The translations under genes were made by a program, and so were the position numbers. DNA of 64,000 bases, taken from assembly GCA_031425055.1 (NCBI GenBank), contig JANPIO010000270.1:493-64492 (forward strand), written 5' to 3'. The notes under the pieces are model-generated. The model ran no database searches and was not told where the DNA came from. It saw only the letters and a program-made list of their open reading frames with translations. The stretch comes from Phormidium sp. VAR_61_metabat_6 (GTDB taxonomy: Bacteria > Cyanobacteriota > Cyanobacteriia > Phormidesmidales > Phormidesmidaceae). Shown one piece after another: positions 10,324 through 20,536 of this stretch (positions within the stretch are counted from its first letter, which is position 1; each line of letters begins with the position of its first letter).

Positions 10324-13300
10324 ATGACACCCCCAGAGCGGACAGTTTTATTGGTCAGTAGCTCGCCCGGGCAGGCCGATCGATTAAAGCGTATGGTGCA
10401 GCAGCACAAAGCGGCTATCTCCTACCAGCTGGTTGAAGCGCCTAATGATCGCCCGATCGACCCAGACCAGCTGCTCCAGAGCGATGGTATTCTGCTCGAC
10501 CTTGCCCCCTCAGACGGGGATGGTGTAAACCGACTCAAGCAGCTGCAACAGCTAGGAGGCCAAGCTCTACCCATTGTGGTCGTAGGCGAGAACGATCTTA
10601 AAACGGCAGTAGCGACCCTTAAAGCTGGAGTTGCCGACTATTTAGTGCGCGACCAGCTTACCCCACAGGCGCTGAGTTTGGCCTTGGGGGCGGCGATCGC
10701 CGAGGTGAACACGGCGCGCCTTGCCCCTGTCTTAGACCATCGCCCCATTCCCTCACCCCCCCAGCCACCCTACGCAGCCCTGCCGCAAATTGTGTGGACG
10801 TCCGATCGCACTGGAGCGATCAACTACTGGAATCAGCGCTGGTATGAGTACACCGGTCTCAGCGCCGCCGAGTCGCTGAGCTGGGCGGAGGCTAGCTGCC
10901 TGCACCCCCACGATCATGACTCTACCCTGGCCACCTGGAGCGAGGCGATCGCCGCCGGTAAGCCCTTTGCCATTGAGCACCGTCTGCGGCACCACAATGG
11001 CACTTACCGCTGGGTGATGAACCGGGGTGTGCCCACGCGCGACCCCGACGGACAGCTGACGGGCTGGGTGGGCACCATAATCGATATCGATGACCAGAAG
11101 CACCTGGAAGAACGCCTTCAGCTAGTTGTTCAGGCGGTGAATGGGCTGGTGTTTGACGTCAGCAAGGTGAGCCTGGACGGGAACGACTGCGTTTACCGCT
11201 CTGAGCAACTGTTCGATCTAGTTGGGGTGCCTGCCGACGAAGCCCCACCCACATCGCAGTGGTGGGTAGACCGCATTCATCCCGCCGATCGGGCGCGACT
11301 GCGCCACCACATGCAGGAACTCCTGGCCAGCTCTAGCCAGCTCTACGAGTCAACCTATCGGGTGCGCCACGAGGATGGTCGCTGGATCGATGTTTGGGAG
11401 CGGGGCTGCCTGGTGCGCGACGAACAGGGGCAGGTGACTCGGGTGGTGGGTTCCACGGTTGATATCAGCCAGCAGCAGGTGGCCCTGCGCGATCGCAACC
11501 AGGCCGAACTCCAGCTGCGAAAGGCCCTGATTCAGCTTGAAGCGGCCCTGTCTGCCGGGTCGATCTACACCTGGTGCTGGAATATTCGCGAGAATCGGGT
11601 GGTGGCTAATCGCAGTTTTGCCCAGCTGTTTGGGCTTGACCCCGAGCGGGTTGCCGCTGGGGTGCGCCTAGAGAAATTTATCGCCATCATTCACCCCGAC
11701 GACCGGGCGCGGGTGGCTGCTGCCATTGACCAAGCGATCGCCACCGGAGACAGCTGCACCGCCGAGTTTCGCATCTGCAATTCCCAGGGTGACGAACACT
11801 GGGTGATTGCGCGGGGGCAGGCCGAATACGATAGCGAGGACCATGCCGTTATCTTTCCTGGCGCGCTGGCTGACATCAGCGATCGCAAACAGGTCGAACT
11901 TGCCCTAGAGCAAAAAATTCAGGAGGCCGAAGCCAGTCAACGCACCCTCAATGCCCTGATGACCTATATTCCTGAAGGCATTGCCATCGCCGAAGCTCCC
12001 GACGTACGCATTCGCCAAGTCAGCCGGTACGGGCAGCAGATGACAGGGCGCACCTTCGCAGAACTTGTCGGCCTACCCTCAACCGCCCATCCAGAAACCT
12101 GGCAGTTTTTTGCCCTCGATGGCACCCTGGCAACCCCTGAGGCTTTGCCCCTCGCCCGCGCTGTTAAACACGGTGAGGTTATCACCAATGAAGAATGGCT
12201 GCTGCAAACCGCAGATGGCCAAAGGATTTTGACGCTGTGCAATGCCGGCCCCATCTACGATCAGGAGGGGGCCATTACTGGCGGCATTCTGGCCTGGCAA
12301 GACATTACCGAGCTTAAACAGACAGAAATTGCCCTACAGCGCCATCAGGAACACCTGAATCTGGCGATGGCAGCCGCCCGCATGGGCAGCTGGGACTGGG
12401 ATATTCAGCTTGATGTGATAAAGTTTTCTGACAATATAAAACGCCTATTTGGCCTTGACCCCGAGCATTTTGGTGACTGCTATGAAACCGTCATGGCCAT
12501 GGTTCACCCCGACGATCTGCCTCGGGTCGAGCGAGCGCTGCACGACGCTGTCTACAAGCAAGCCGAGTACAACATTGAGCTGCGGGTGATTAAGCCTGAT
12601 GGCACGGTGTGCTGGATTTTGAGCCTGGGTCGGGTTTTCTATAGCGCTACGGGCATCCCGCTTACTATGACGGGCATCGACATTGACATTACCGATAGCA
12701 AACAGGTTCAGCTGACCCTGCAACAGACGACTGAACGGCTCAATGTGGCCCTCAAAAGTGCGCCGATTAGCCTGTTTAACCAGGATCTCGACCTGCGCTA
12801 TACCTGGATTTACAACCCCACCCACGATCTATCTGTAGAGCAGGTAATCGGCCAGCGCGACGAAGATTTGACCTCGCCCGAGACTGCGGCCCGGCTCACC
12901 GACCTCAAGCGTCAGGTGATCGTCACCGGCGTTAGCCTGCGCGAGGAGGTCAAGGTAACTGCCAATGGGCAAACTACCCACTACGATCTGACCATTGACC
13001 CTATTCACGATGACAAAAATGCCATTGTCGGCATCACCTGTGCCGCCGTTGACATCAGTGAAAGAATCCAAATCGCCACCGAGCGCCAGCAGGCCGCAAT
13101 GGCCCTGCAAGAAAGCGACGACTGCCTGCGGATGGCGATCGAGTCGGCTAACATGGGCATCTGGGACTGGAACCTAATCACCAACCAGCTGACCTGGGAC
13201 GCGGGCTGCAAAGCCATTTTTGGCCTGCCCCCCGAAGCCGACAGCAGCCTTGAGCGGTTTTATGAAGGGCTGCACCCCGACGATCGCGATCGCATTCAAC

Positions 13301-14652
13301 AGGTCATAGCAAAGTCGCTCACCCAAAAGAGTGGCGGCAACTACGACGTGGAATACCGGGTGATTGGCCTGCAAGATCGGGTGGAGCGGTGGGTGCGGGC
13401 CAAGGGGCAAACCTATTTTGATGGCGATGGCAACCCCCTGCGCTTTACCGGCACCATCCTCGACATCACCCAGCAAAAGCAGGCCGAAGTCGCCCGTGAA
13501 CAGCTGCTGAGCCAAGAGCAGGCCGCCCGCGCAGCCGCCGAGCGCGCCAACCGTATTAAAGATGAGTTTTTGGCAATTTTGTCCCACGAGCTGAGGTCGC
13601 CCCTCAACCCCATTTTGGGCTGGGCCAAGCTGCTGCAAACCAAAAAACTCGACGCGGAAAAAACCGCCCGCGCCCTCGAAACCATTGAGCGCAACGCCAA
13701 GTTGCAGACTCAGCTAATCGATGACCTCTTAGATATTGCTAAGATTTTGCGCGGCAAGCTCAAGATCGAACCCGCCTCGGTTGACCCGGTGTTTGTGATT
13801 GAGGCGGCGATCGAGACCGTTCAGGCCGCCGCCGATGCCAAAGCCATTCGCATTGAGACCGATTTGCCTGAGATTGGGCCGATTCAGGGCGACGGAGCCC
13901 GCATTCAGCAGATTGTTTGGAATCTGCTCACTAACGCCATCAAATTTACCCCCGAACAGGGCCAGATCACGATTCAGCTCGCTCAGGTAGACCACTGGGC
14001 CCAGCTCAAGGTCACCGACACCGGCCAGGGCATTCGGCCAGAATTTCTGCCCCATATTTTTGAATCTTTTCGTCAGGCAGATGCTTCGATTACGCGGCAG
14101 TTTGGCGGTCTGGGTCTGGGGTTGGCGATCGTGCGCTACCTAGCAGAAGCCCACGGCGGCACCATCAGCGCCGACAGCCCCGGCGAGGGCAAAGGGGCCA
14201 CGTTTACCGTGAGTTTGCCGCTATTCAGCCAGCACCCTAACCAGCGGGTACCCTTCGTTTTGCCGGGGGAAGTCGATCTGACTGGCGTGCGCGTCATCGC
14301 TGTGGATGACAACCCTGATGGGTTGACCCTGCTGACCCTGCCGCTGGGTGAGTATGGGGCAGAAGTGCTTGGGCTTGAGTCTGCCGCCGAGGTGCTCAGC
14401 AATCTGGCCGGTTTTAAACCCCATGTGTTGGTCAGCGACATCGGCATGCCCGGCATGGATGGCTATGAGCTGCTCAGGCAAATTCGCGCCCTGCCGCCCG
14501 AGCAAGGGGGGCAGGTACCGGCGATCGCCCTCACCGCCTACGTGCGCGAAGAAGACGCCCAAAAAGCGTTAGACAGCGGCTTTCAACAGCACCTGTCTAA
14601 GCCTATTGAACCCGATGCGATCGCTCGGGCCGTCGCCCAGCTGGTGTCGTAG
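10324..14652 (+). CDS. Multi-PAS hybrid sensor histidine kinase (N-terminal REC-like, several PAS/PAC domains, HisKA, HATPase, C-terminal REC)
   Basis: Repeated HPDDR PAS motifs, FLAILSHELRSPL, NLLTNAIKFT, GGLGLGLAI and SDIGMPGMDG. Confidence 0.95.
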   Translation: MTPPERTVLLVSSSPGQADRLKRMVQQHKAAISYQLVEAPNDRPIDPDQLLQSDGILLDLAPSDGDGVNRLKQLQQLGGQALPIVVVGENDLKTAVATLKAGVADYLVRDQLTPQALSLALGAAIAEVNTARLAPVLDHRPIPSPPQPPYAALPQIVWTSDRTGAINYWNQRWYEYTGLSAAESLSWAEASCLHPHDHDSTLATWSEAIAAGKPFAIEHRLRHHNGTYRWVMNRGVPTRDPDGQLTGWVGTIIDIDDQKHLEERLQLVVQAVNGLVFDVSKVSLDGNDCVYRSEQLFDLVGVPADEAPPTSQWWVDRIHPADRARLRHHMQELLASSSQLYESTYRVRHEDGRWIDVWERGCLVRDEQGQVTRVVGSTVDISQQQVALRDRNQAELQLRKALIQLEAALSAGSIYTWCWNIRENRVVANRSFAQLFGLDPERVAAGVRLEKFIAIIHPDDRARVAAAIDQAIATGDSCTAEFRICNSQGDEHWVIARGQAEYDSEDHAVIFPGALADISDRKQVELALEQKIQEAEASQRTLNALMTYIPEGIAIAEAPDVRIRQVSRYGQQMTGRTFAELVGLPSTAHPETWQFFALDGTLATPEALPLARAVKHGEVITNEEWLLQTADGQRILTLCNAGPIYDQEGAITGGILAWQDITELKQTEIALQRHQEHLNLAMAAARMGSWDWDIQLDVIKFSDNIKRLFGLDPEHFGDCYETVMAMVHPDDLPRVERALHDAVYKQAEYNIELRVIKPDGTVCWILSLGRVFYSATGIPLTMTGIDIDITDSKQVQLTLQQTTERLNVALKSAPISLFNQDLDLRYTWIYNPTHDLSVEQVIGQRDEDLTSPETAARLTDLKRQVIVTGVSLREEVKVTANGQTTHYDLTIDPIHDDKNAIVGITCAAVDISERIQIATERQQAAMALQESDDCLRMAIESANMGIWDWNLITNQLTWDAGCKAIFGLPPEADSSLERFYEGLHPDDRDRIQQVIAKSLTQKSGGNYDVEYRVIGLQDRVERWVRAKGQTYFDGDGNPLRFTGTILDITQQKQAEVAREQLLSQEQAARAAAERANRIKDEFLAILSHELRSPLNPILGWAKLLQTKKLDAEKTARALETIERNAKLQTQLIDDLLDIAKILRGKLKIEPASVDPVFVIEAAIETVQAAADAKAIRIETDLPEIGPIQGDGARIQQIVWNLLTNAIKFTPEQGQITIQLAQVDHWAQLKVTDTGQGIRPEFLPHIFESFRQADASITRQFGGLGLGLAIVRYLAEAHGGTISADSPGEGKGATFTVSLPLFSQHPNQRVPFVLPGEVDLTGVRVIAVDDNPDGLTLLTLPLGEYGAEVLGLESAAEVLSNLAGFKPHVLVSDIGMPGMDGYELLRQIRALPPEQGGQVPAIALTAYVREEDAQKALDSGFQQHLSKPIEPDAIARAVAQLVS

Positions 14653-14657
14653 TTTCT

Positions 14658-16304
14658 TTAATCTGACGAATGCCCCACCTGAAACCAGCGGTAGCCGTAC
14701 CCAGATAGGTGAATATCGTAGGCAGGATCGGAGATCACATCCTCTGGCTGGTCTTCAAATAGATCGATCAGGCATTTGCCCACGTCATCTTTTAGCATGA
14801 GCGTTGCCTTGCAGTCAGACTGACTGAAATTGTGTACCGCGATCACAGCCTTGCCCTGCCACTCACAGCGGTGGGCCAAAACGCTGTCATGGCCAGTGTC
14901 TAACAGTTGCAATTGGCCCCAGCCAAACTCCGGGCATTCCTTGCGCAGGCGAATTGCCCGCTCCATCCAGTTCAGCAGCGAGTTTGGGTTGCACTGCTGG
15001 GTGTTGACGTTGAGCTGCTTGTAGCTGTAGTCACCTGTGGAAACCACTGGCAACACCACCTGGTCAGCAGTTGCGGTAGAAAACCCGCCATTCGGTGCCT
15101 TTGACCACTGCATGGGGGTGCGGGCGGGATTGCGTTCCTCTAGTGACAGGTCATCGCCCATGCCCAGCTCTTCGCCGTAGTTGACTACGGGCGTGCCGGG
15201 CAGGGTGAAGAGCAGACTGTAAGTCAGCTTGAGCCGTTGTAGATTGCCGTTGAGCAGCGGCGCAAACCGGCGACGAATGCCGCGATCAAAGATCCACATG
15301 GTGTCGCGATCGGGGGCAAAGGCCGCCGCAATTTCGTCTTGCTTGTCGGTGGAGAGTTTATCTAAACTTAGCTCATCGTGGTTGCGCACAAAGTTGGCCC
15401 ACTGCCCGGTGGGCGGTGACGAGGGTAACTCCTTCATCGCTTGGGCCAGGGGGGCCGCTGATTCGCGAGCCAGGGCTAATACGAGATGTTGGTTGCCCCA
15501 GAAGTTAAACAACATCTGCATGCGATCGCCGTCGCCGAAATATTTAGGCAATTTTTCCAAAGACTCATTGGCCTCAGCCAGCAAAATGGCATCTCCCCGC
15601 CGCCACGACAGGAACTCGCGCAATTCGTTGATATAAATAAAGGGATCTTCGACCTGTTCAAATACGTTGTCAGCCTGGGTGAGCTCGATTAGGAAAGGAG
15701 CGGCGTCAATGCGAAACCCAGACACCCCAAGTTCCAGCCAAAAGCCCATTATCTTTTTGATTTCTGTTCTGACCTCGGGGTTGGTGATGTTTAAGTCTGC
15801 CTGGTGACTGTAGAACCTATGGGCGTAGTAAGCGCCCACCTCAGATTGATAGGTCCAGGTCGCCTTTTGCAAACCTGGAAAAACAATACCTTCTTCAATA
15901 TCTTCAGGTTCTTGCTTTGACCAAAAATAGTAGTCAAAATACTTTGAGTTTTTGTCTTTAATCGCCGATTGAAACCAGGGGTGCTGATCAGAGGTATGGT
16001 TAACCACTAAATCAATCAGAATACGAATGCCCCGCTCGCGGGCGTGACGGGCAAACTCAACAAAATCGCCCAGTGAGCCCAACCGAGCATCGACGGTGTA
16101 GTAGTCCATCACGTCGTAGCCGTTGTCTTTGTTGGGTGATGGGTAAAAGGGCATCAGCCAAACGCAGGTAATTCCGAGGCCAGCTATATAGTCTAAACGC
16201 TGGGTTAGCCCAACAAAATCACCTACTCCGTCGCCATTGCCATCCATATAGGTTTCTACGTCAAGGCAGTATAGAACTGCATTTTTGTACCAAAGGTCTA
16301 ACAT
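14658..16304 (-). CDS. GH13 trehalose-synthase-like alpha-amylase family protein (TreS-like, no maltokinase domain)
   Basis: DGNGDGVGDF, DLVVNHTSDQHPWF, GFRIDA, LLAEAN, FVRNHDEL and YGEELGMGD. Confidence 0.88.
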   Translation of the reverse strand: MLDLWYKNAVLYCLDVETYMDGNGDGVGDFVGLTQRLDYIAGLGITCVWLMPFYPSPNKDNGYDVMDYYTVDARLGSLGDFVEFARHARERGIRILIDLVVNHTSDQHPWFQSAIKDKNSKYFDYYFWSKQEPEDIEEGIVFPGLQKATWTYQSEVGAYYAHRFYSHQADLNITNPEVRTEIKKIMGFWLELGVSGFRIDAAPFLIELTQADNVFEQVEDPFIYINELREFLSWRRGDAILLAEANESLEKLPKYFGDGDRMQMLFNFWGNQHLVLALARESAAPLAQAMKELPSSPPTGQWANFVRNHDELSLDKLSTDKQDEIAAAFAPDRDTMWIFDRGIRRRFAPLLNGNLQRLKLTYSLLFTLPGTPVVNYGEELGMGDDLSLEERNPARTPMQWSKAPNGGFSTATADQVVLPVVSTGDYSYKQLNVNTQQCNPNSLLNWMERAIRLRKECPEFGWGQLQLLDTGHDSVLAHRCEWQGKAVIAVHNFSQSDCKATLMLKDDVGKCLIDLFEDQPEDVISDPAYDIHLSGYGYRWFQVGHSSD

Positions 16305-16431
16305 AAAAAACCTAGATAAATCGGCGTACCGGGAAAGAGTGGAAATAGAAGAGAAAAATAAAAATGCCTGACAGGCTTAGATGGTTTCTGGCAAGGGAGA
16401 TGCCAGCTTGAATTTAGCAACTGTAATCCTT

Positions 16432-16452
16432 GTAGGGTGGGCAATGCCCACC
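16432..16452. repeat. REP-like hairpin GTAG-GGTGGGCAATGCCCACC
   Basis: GTAG followed by the inverted repeat GGTGGGCA/TGCCCACC, 7 bp past the LLM gene stop. Confidence 0.7.
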
Positions 16453-16459
16453 ATTTCAA

Positions 16460-17419
16460 CTATTTTAGAAACGGCAAAACCTTTTCGCCAAAGGCCTCAA
16501 TATATTGCTGCTGTTCTCGATTGACGTTGTGCAAAGAAATAGTCTCAAACCCCAGCTCTATATCCCTTTGCAACCACTCAATATGCTGCTGGGGGTCAGC
16601 CGAAACGCGCACATGCTCGTACATGTCTTCTGGCTTGACAAAGGTGGCAGCGGCATCGAACTGGCTAGGAACCCTAAAGTCGGAGAGCACTTGGCTTTCG
16701 AAAATGTTGGTGCGCCACTGGTCGTAAGCCCCCTGCAAGGCCGTTTCCTGATCTGGGGCGTAGGAGAGCTGCACTTTTAGATACATGGGTTTGTGCTCAC
16801 CGCCACCGCGCCGAAAGGCCTCGACCACCTCTCGCAATTTGTCGTGGGGGTGGGAAATGGTAATCAGGCCATCGGCCCAGCCCCCCACCCACTCGGCGGT
16901 TTTAGGGGTAATGGCCGCCCCCATGATGCGGGGTGGATTGGCGGGGCGGGTGTAGAGTTTGGCTGCTTCCACCTGCACTAGGCCGTGGTGGGTGACGGTT
17001 TCGCCAGCCCAGAGGGCGCGAATCACATCGACGCATTCTTTGAGGCGGGCATTGCGCTCGGCTTTGATCGGCCAGGGCTGGCCGGTAATGGCTTCATTCA
17101 TCGCCTGGCCGCTGCCCAGGGCCACCCAAAAGCGATCGCTGAACATCTCCCCCAGGGTCGCAGCCGCCTGGGCAATGATGGCGGGATGGTAGCGCTGACC
17201 GGGGGCGCAGACGACGCCAAAGGGCAGCGAGGTCGCCTGCATAGCGGCTCCTAGCCAAGACCAGGCAAAGCCGCTTGCTGCCTGACGCTCGCTCCAGGGA
17301 TGAAAGTGATCGGAGGAGGTGACAGCGGTAAAGCCCGCCTGTTCTGCCTGCTGAGCCCAGCCCAGCAGCGCGCTAGGGGCAAACTGCTCGTGGGAGGCAT
17401 GATAAGCAAATTTCACCAT
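16460..17419 (-). CDS. LLM-class flavin-dependent oxidoreductase (TIGR03885-like, non-F420)
   Basis: YHASHEQFAP, SSDHFHPWS, RYHPAIIAQAAAT and GSGQAMNE. Confidence 0.88.
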   Translation of the reverse strand: MVKFAYHASHEQFAPSALLGWAQQAEQAGFTAVTSSDHFHPWSERQAASGFAWSWLGAAMQATSLPFGVVCAPGQRYHPAIIAQAAATLGEMFSDRFWVALGSGQAMNEAITGQPWPIKAERNARLKECVDVIRALWAGETVTHHGLVQVEAAKLYTRPANPPRIMGAAITPKTAEWVGGWADGLITISHPHDKLREVVEAFRRGGGEHKPMYLKVQLSYAPDQETALQGAYDQWRTNIFESQVLSDFRVPSQFDAAATFVKPEDMYEHVRVSADPQQHIEWLQRDIELGFETISLHNVNREQQQYIEAFGEKVLPFLK

Positions 17420-17582
17420 GGATTTATCGCTCAGGGCTGGGTTCTGTTGGGCCGGTCTAACCTGGGTTCTATGCCCAACAGTTTTGCAAGAGCGCGATTA
17501 TTCAACATCTACCAAACGCGGTAGTTCAGGGTTTGGGGGCTGGCTGCAAACATGGGATGCTGTTGAGCGAGCATGAATTTGG

Positions 17583-17610
17583 GTAAGGGCAAAGGGCCAT
17601 TTGCCCCTAC
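17583..17610. repeat. REP-like hairpin GTAAGGGCAAA-N6-TTTGCCCCTAC
   Basis: 11-bp inverted repeat with one mismatch and a GTAG/CTAC foot. Confidence 0.6.
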
Positions 17611-17833
17611 GAGAGCTGTTGCAGTTTTGATTCATACCTGTACTCAGCGGCGGGAGTAGGGGCGATCGCACCTCCGCCGAAATGCCTACTACTGTGCAGC
17701 TACACTTTGCAACAGGTACCGCTCCACAGGCCAAAGCTCGGACGTACATAGCCCAGTACTCTGCAAAGCTGCGGCGCGGTTCCCTGACAGGGTAAAATCT
17801 GACGTTGGTTGAGCAACTTGAGAGGACAGACCC

Positions 17834-19195
17834 CTGAAAACCCGCGTAATTATCGTTCGTCACGGGCAGAGCACCTACAATCAGCAAAAGCGCATTCAAG
17901 GCCACTGCGACGAGTCAGAGCTGACCCCGGCGGGCGAGGCCCAGGCGCGGCAAGTAGGTCAGGCGCTGGTGGGCATTCCCTTTGATGCGGTGTGGGCCAG
18001 TCCCTTTAAGCGCGCCCGCAAAACGGCAGAAATTATCACGGCGGAACTGCAAAAGGCCGCTCCAAACCTGGCGGCACCGACGTTTTCGGACAACCTCAAA
18101 GAAATCAGCCTGCCGCTGTGGGAAGGGGTGCCCTTTACCGAGGCCGAGGCTCAGCATCCTGAAATTTTTGATCAGTGGCGCACTGACCCCGCCAATATGA
18201 TGATGGCTGTGCCCCAGCCCGATGGCTCGACCGCAGACTTTTACCCCATTCGCGAGCTGTATCAACAGGCGGCGCGGTTTTGGCCCGAGCTGTTGGCGGC
18301 TTACCAGGGCAAGACTATTCTCATCGTGGCCCACAGCGCCATTAACCGAGCGCTGATTAGCACCGCTATAGGCCTGGGGCCAGAGCGCTTCAACAACCTC
18401 AACCAGGCCAACTGCAACATCAGCGTGCTCAACTTTGAGGGCGGCTGGGGCAGCCCGGTGCAGGTCGAGGCCATGAACCTGACCAGCCACATGGGGGCAC
18501 CGCTGCCCGAGATGCGGCGCGGTCACAAAGGCCCTCGGCTGCTGCTGGTGCGCCACGGCGAAACCGAGTGGAACCGCCAGGGCCGCTTTCAGGGCCAGAT
18601 CGATGTGCCCCTCAACGACAACGGTCGCGCCCAGGGGACAAAGGCGGCAGAGTTTCTCAAACCCGTGGCGATCGATGCGGCCTACACCAGCTTTATGGCG
18701 CGGCCCAAAGAAACGGCGGAACTCATTCTTCAGCACCACCTAGGGCTGACGCTGCACTCGGTCAACGAGCTGCAAGAGATTAGCCACGGCGAGTGGGAAG
18801 GGCTCTACGAATCTGAGATTGAGGGCAACTATCCGGGGATGCTGGAGCAGTGGCAGAGCGCCCCTGAAACCGTGCAAATGCCGGGGGGGGAAAATCTGGA
18901 GCAGGTGTGGGTGCGATCGATCGCCGCCTGGAAGCAAATCGTCGCGGCCCACAGCGGCAGCGACACCGTGCAAACCATTCTCGTCGTCGCCCACGACGCG
19001 GTGAATAAGGCGCTGCTCTGCCACGTGCTGGGCCTAGGGCCAGAGTTTTTCTGGCGGTTTAAGCAGGGCAACGGCGCGGTGAGCGTGATCGACTACCCCG
19101 ACGGCATTGACAGTGCCCCAGTGCTGGTCACGGCTAACATTACCATTCACCTGTCGGGCAGCGTGCTCGATAAGACCGCAGCGGGGGCACTGTGA
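17834..19195 (+). CDS. Two-domain histidine phosphatase (phosphoglycerate mutase family, phosphoserine-phosphatase-like), probable CTG start
   Basis: The N-terminal catalytic motif (L)KTRVIIVRHGQSTYN lies 45 codons upstream of the called GTG. A second RHGETEWN motif is in domain 2. In-frame TGA at 17819-17821. Confidence 0.9.
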   Translation: MKTRVIIVRHGQSTYNQQKRIQGHCDESELTPAGEAQARQVGQALVGIPFDAVWASPFKRARKTAEIITAELQKAAPNLAAPTFSDNLKEISLPLWEGVPFTEAEAQHPEIFDQWRTDPANMMMAVPQPDGSTADFYPIRELYQQAARFWPELLAAYQGKTILIVAHSAINRALISTAIGLGPERFNNLNQANCNISVLNFEGGWGSPVQVEAMNLTSHMGAPLPEMRRGHKGPRLLLVRHGETEWNRQGRFQGQIDVPLNDNGRAQGTKAAEFLKPVAIDAAYTSFMARPKETAELILQHHLGLTLHSVNELQEISHGEWEGLYESEIEGNYPGMLEQWQSAPETVQMPGGENLEQVWVRSIAAWKQIVAAHSGSDTVQTILVVAHDAVNKALLCHVLGLGPEFFWRFKQGNGAVSVIDYPDGIDSAPVLVTANITIHLSGSVLDKTAAGAL

Positions 19196-20472
19196 CGGAG
19201 ATTCAGCTAATTCAGCAGGTGCGGGTACTAGATGCGGTGACTCAGACGGATCAGGTCGCCGATGTACTGGTGCAGGATGGTGTGGTGACAGAAGTCGCCT
19301 CATCCCTTAATGTCATCCCCGCCAGCGCTGAAATGATTCAGGGCCAGGGGAAGGTCTTGCTGCCGGGTCTAGTCGATCTCTACAGCCACTCGGGGGAGCC
19401 GGGCCACGAGCCGAGGGAAACCCTGGCATCGTTGCTGGCGGCTGGGCAGGCGGGCGGCTTTACTCGGCTGGGCATTTTGCCAAATACGGAGCCTGCGATC
19501 GACCATCCGGCGATGGTCGAGAAACTGCTGGCCCGTCGGGACTCCATTGCCCGCACCAATGCGAGTCTGCCGCACCTCTATCCCTGGGGTGCCCTGACCC
19601 AGGGTGCCCAGGGCCAGCAGATGGTGGAGCTAATGGAGTTGTCTGAGTCTGCGATCGCAGGTTTTGCCGACGGTCGGGCAATTCAAAATCCTTTGCTGGT
19701 GCAGCGGCTGTTGCAATACCTGCGGCCCCTGGGTAAGCCGGTGGCGCTGTGGAGCTGCGATCGCACCCTGCGAGACAGCGGCGTGGCCCGCGAAGGACCG
19801 TTTTCGCTGATCTACGGTCTGGTGGGCGACCCGGCCAGCTCTGAGACCGCTGCCCTGGCGGCACTATTGGAATGCGTCGCCGAGGTGGGCACCCCCGTTC
19901 ACCTGATGCGAATTTCCACGGCGCGGGGGGTAGAACTGGTGCAGCAGGCGAAGGAGCGGGGGTTGCCCGTGACCGCCAGCACCACCTGGATGCACCTGTT
20001 GTTTAGCGCTAAGGATCTGGGTAGCTATGACCCCAACCTGCGGCTGTCGCCGCCCCTGGGAAATCCTGAAGACCAGGCGGCACTGATTGAGGGGGTCAAG
20101 GCTGGGGTGGTGGACGCGATCGCGATCGACCATACCCCCCATACTTACGAAGACAAAACTGTGGGGTTTCCTTCGGCACCACCGGGAGCGATCGGCCTAG
20201 AGCTGGCGCTGGGGCTTTTGTGGCATACCTTGGTCACAACCGGCGACTGGTCGCCCCGGCAACTAGTGCAGGCGCTGAGCACAAATCCGGCGACGTGCTG
20301 GGGCCAAACGCCGCCGACTATTCAGCCTCAGCAGCCCGCTGAGATGGTGCTGTTTGACCCAGCAAAAGCATGGACAGTGACTTCAGCCAGCCTACACTCT
20401 CTCTCCTCCAACACCCCCTGGCTAGGAAAGCCTATTCATGGACGTATCCTCCACACATGGGTACCAATATGA
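19192..20472 (+). CDS. pyrC: Dihydroorotase-like protein, probably the catalytically inactive PyrC' type
   Basis: LLPGLVDLYSHSGEPG, AGGFT, PPLGNPEDQ and AIDHTPH. Overlaps the upstream stop (GTGA). Confidence 0.85.
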   Translation: MTEIQLIQQVRVLDAVTQTDQVADVLVQDGVVTEVASSLNVIPASAEMIQGQGKVLLPGLVDLYSHSGEPGHEPRETLASLLAAGQAGGFTRLGILPNTEPAIDHPAMVEKLLARRDSIARTNASLPHLYPWGALTQGAQGQQMVELMELSESAIAGFADGRAIQNPLLVQRLLQYLRPLGKPVALWSCDRTLRDSGVAREGPFSLIYGLVGDPASSETAALAALLECVAEVGTPVHLMRISTARGVELVQQAKERGLPVTASTTWMHLLFSAKDLGSYDPNLRLSPPLGNPEDQAALIEGVKAGVVDAIAIDHTPHTYEDKTVGFPSAPPGAIGLELALGLLWHTLVTTGDWSPRQLVQALSTNPATCWGQTPPTIQPQQPAEMVLFDPAKAWTVTSASLHSLSSNTPWLGKPIHGRILHTWVPI

Positions 20473-20536
20473 GGCATCAGTAGCCCTGAGTAACGCGGGT
20501 TTAATGCTGGTGAGCAGTGCCCATCCTACGGCTATC

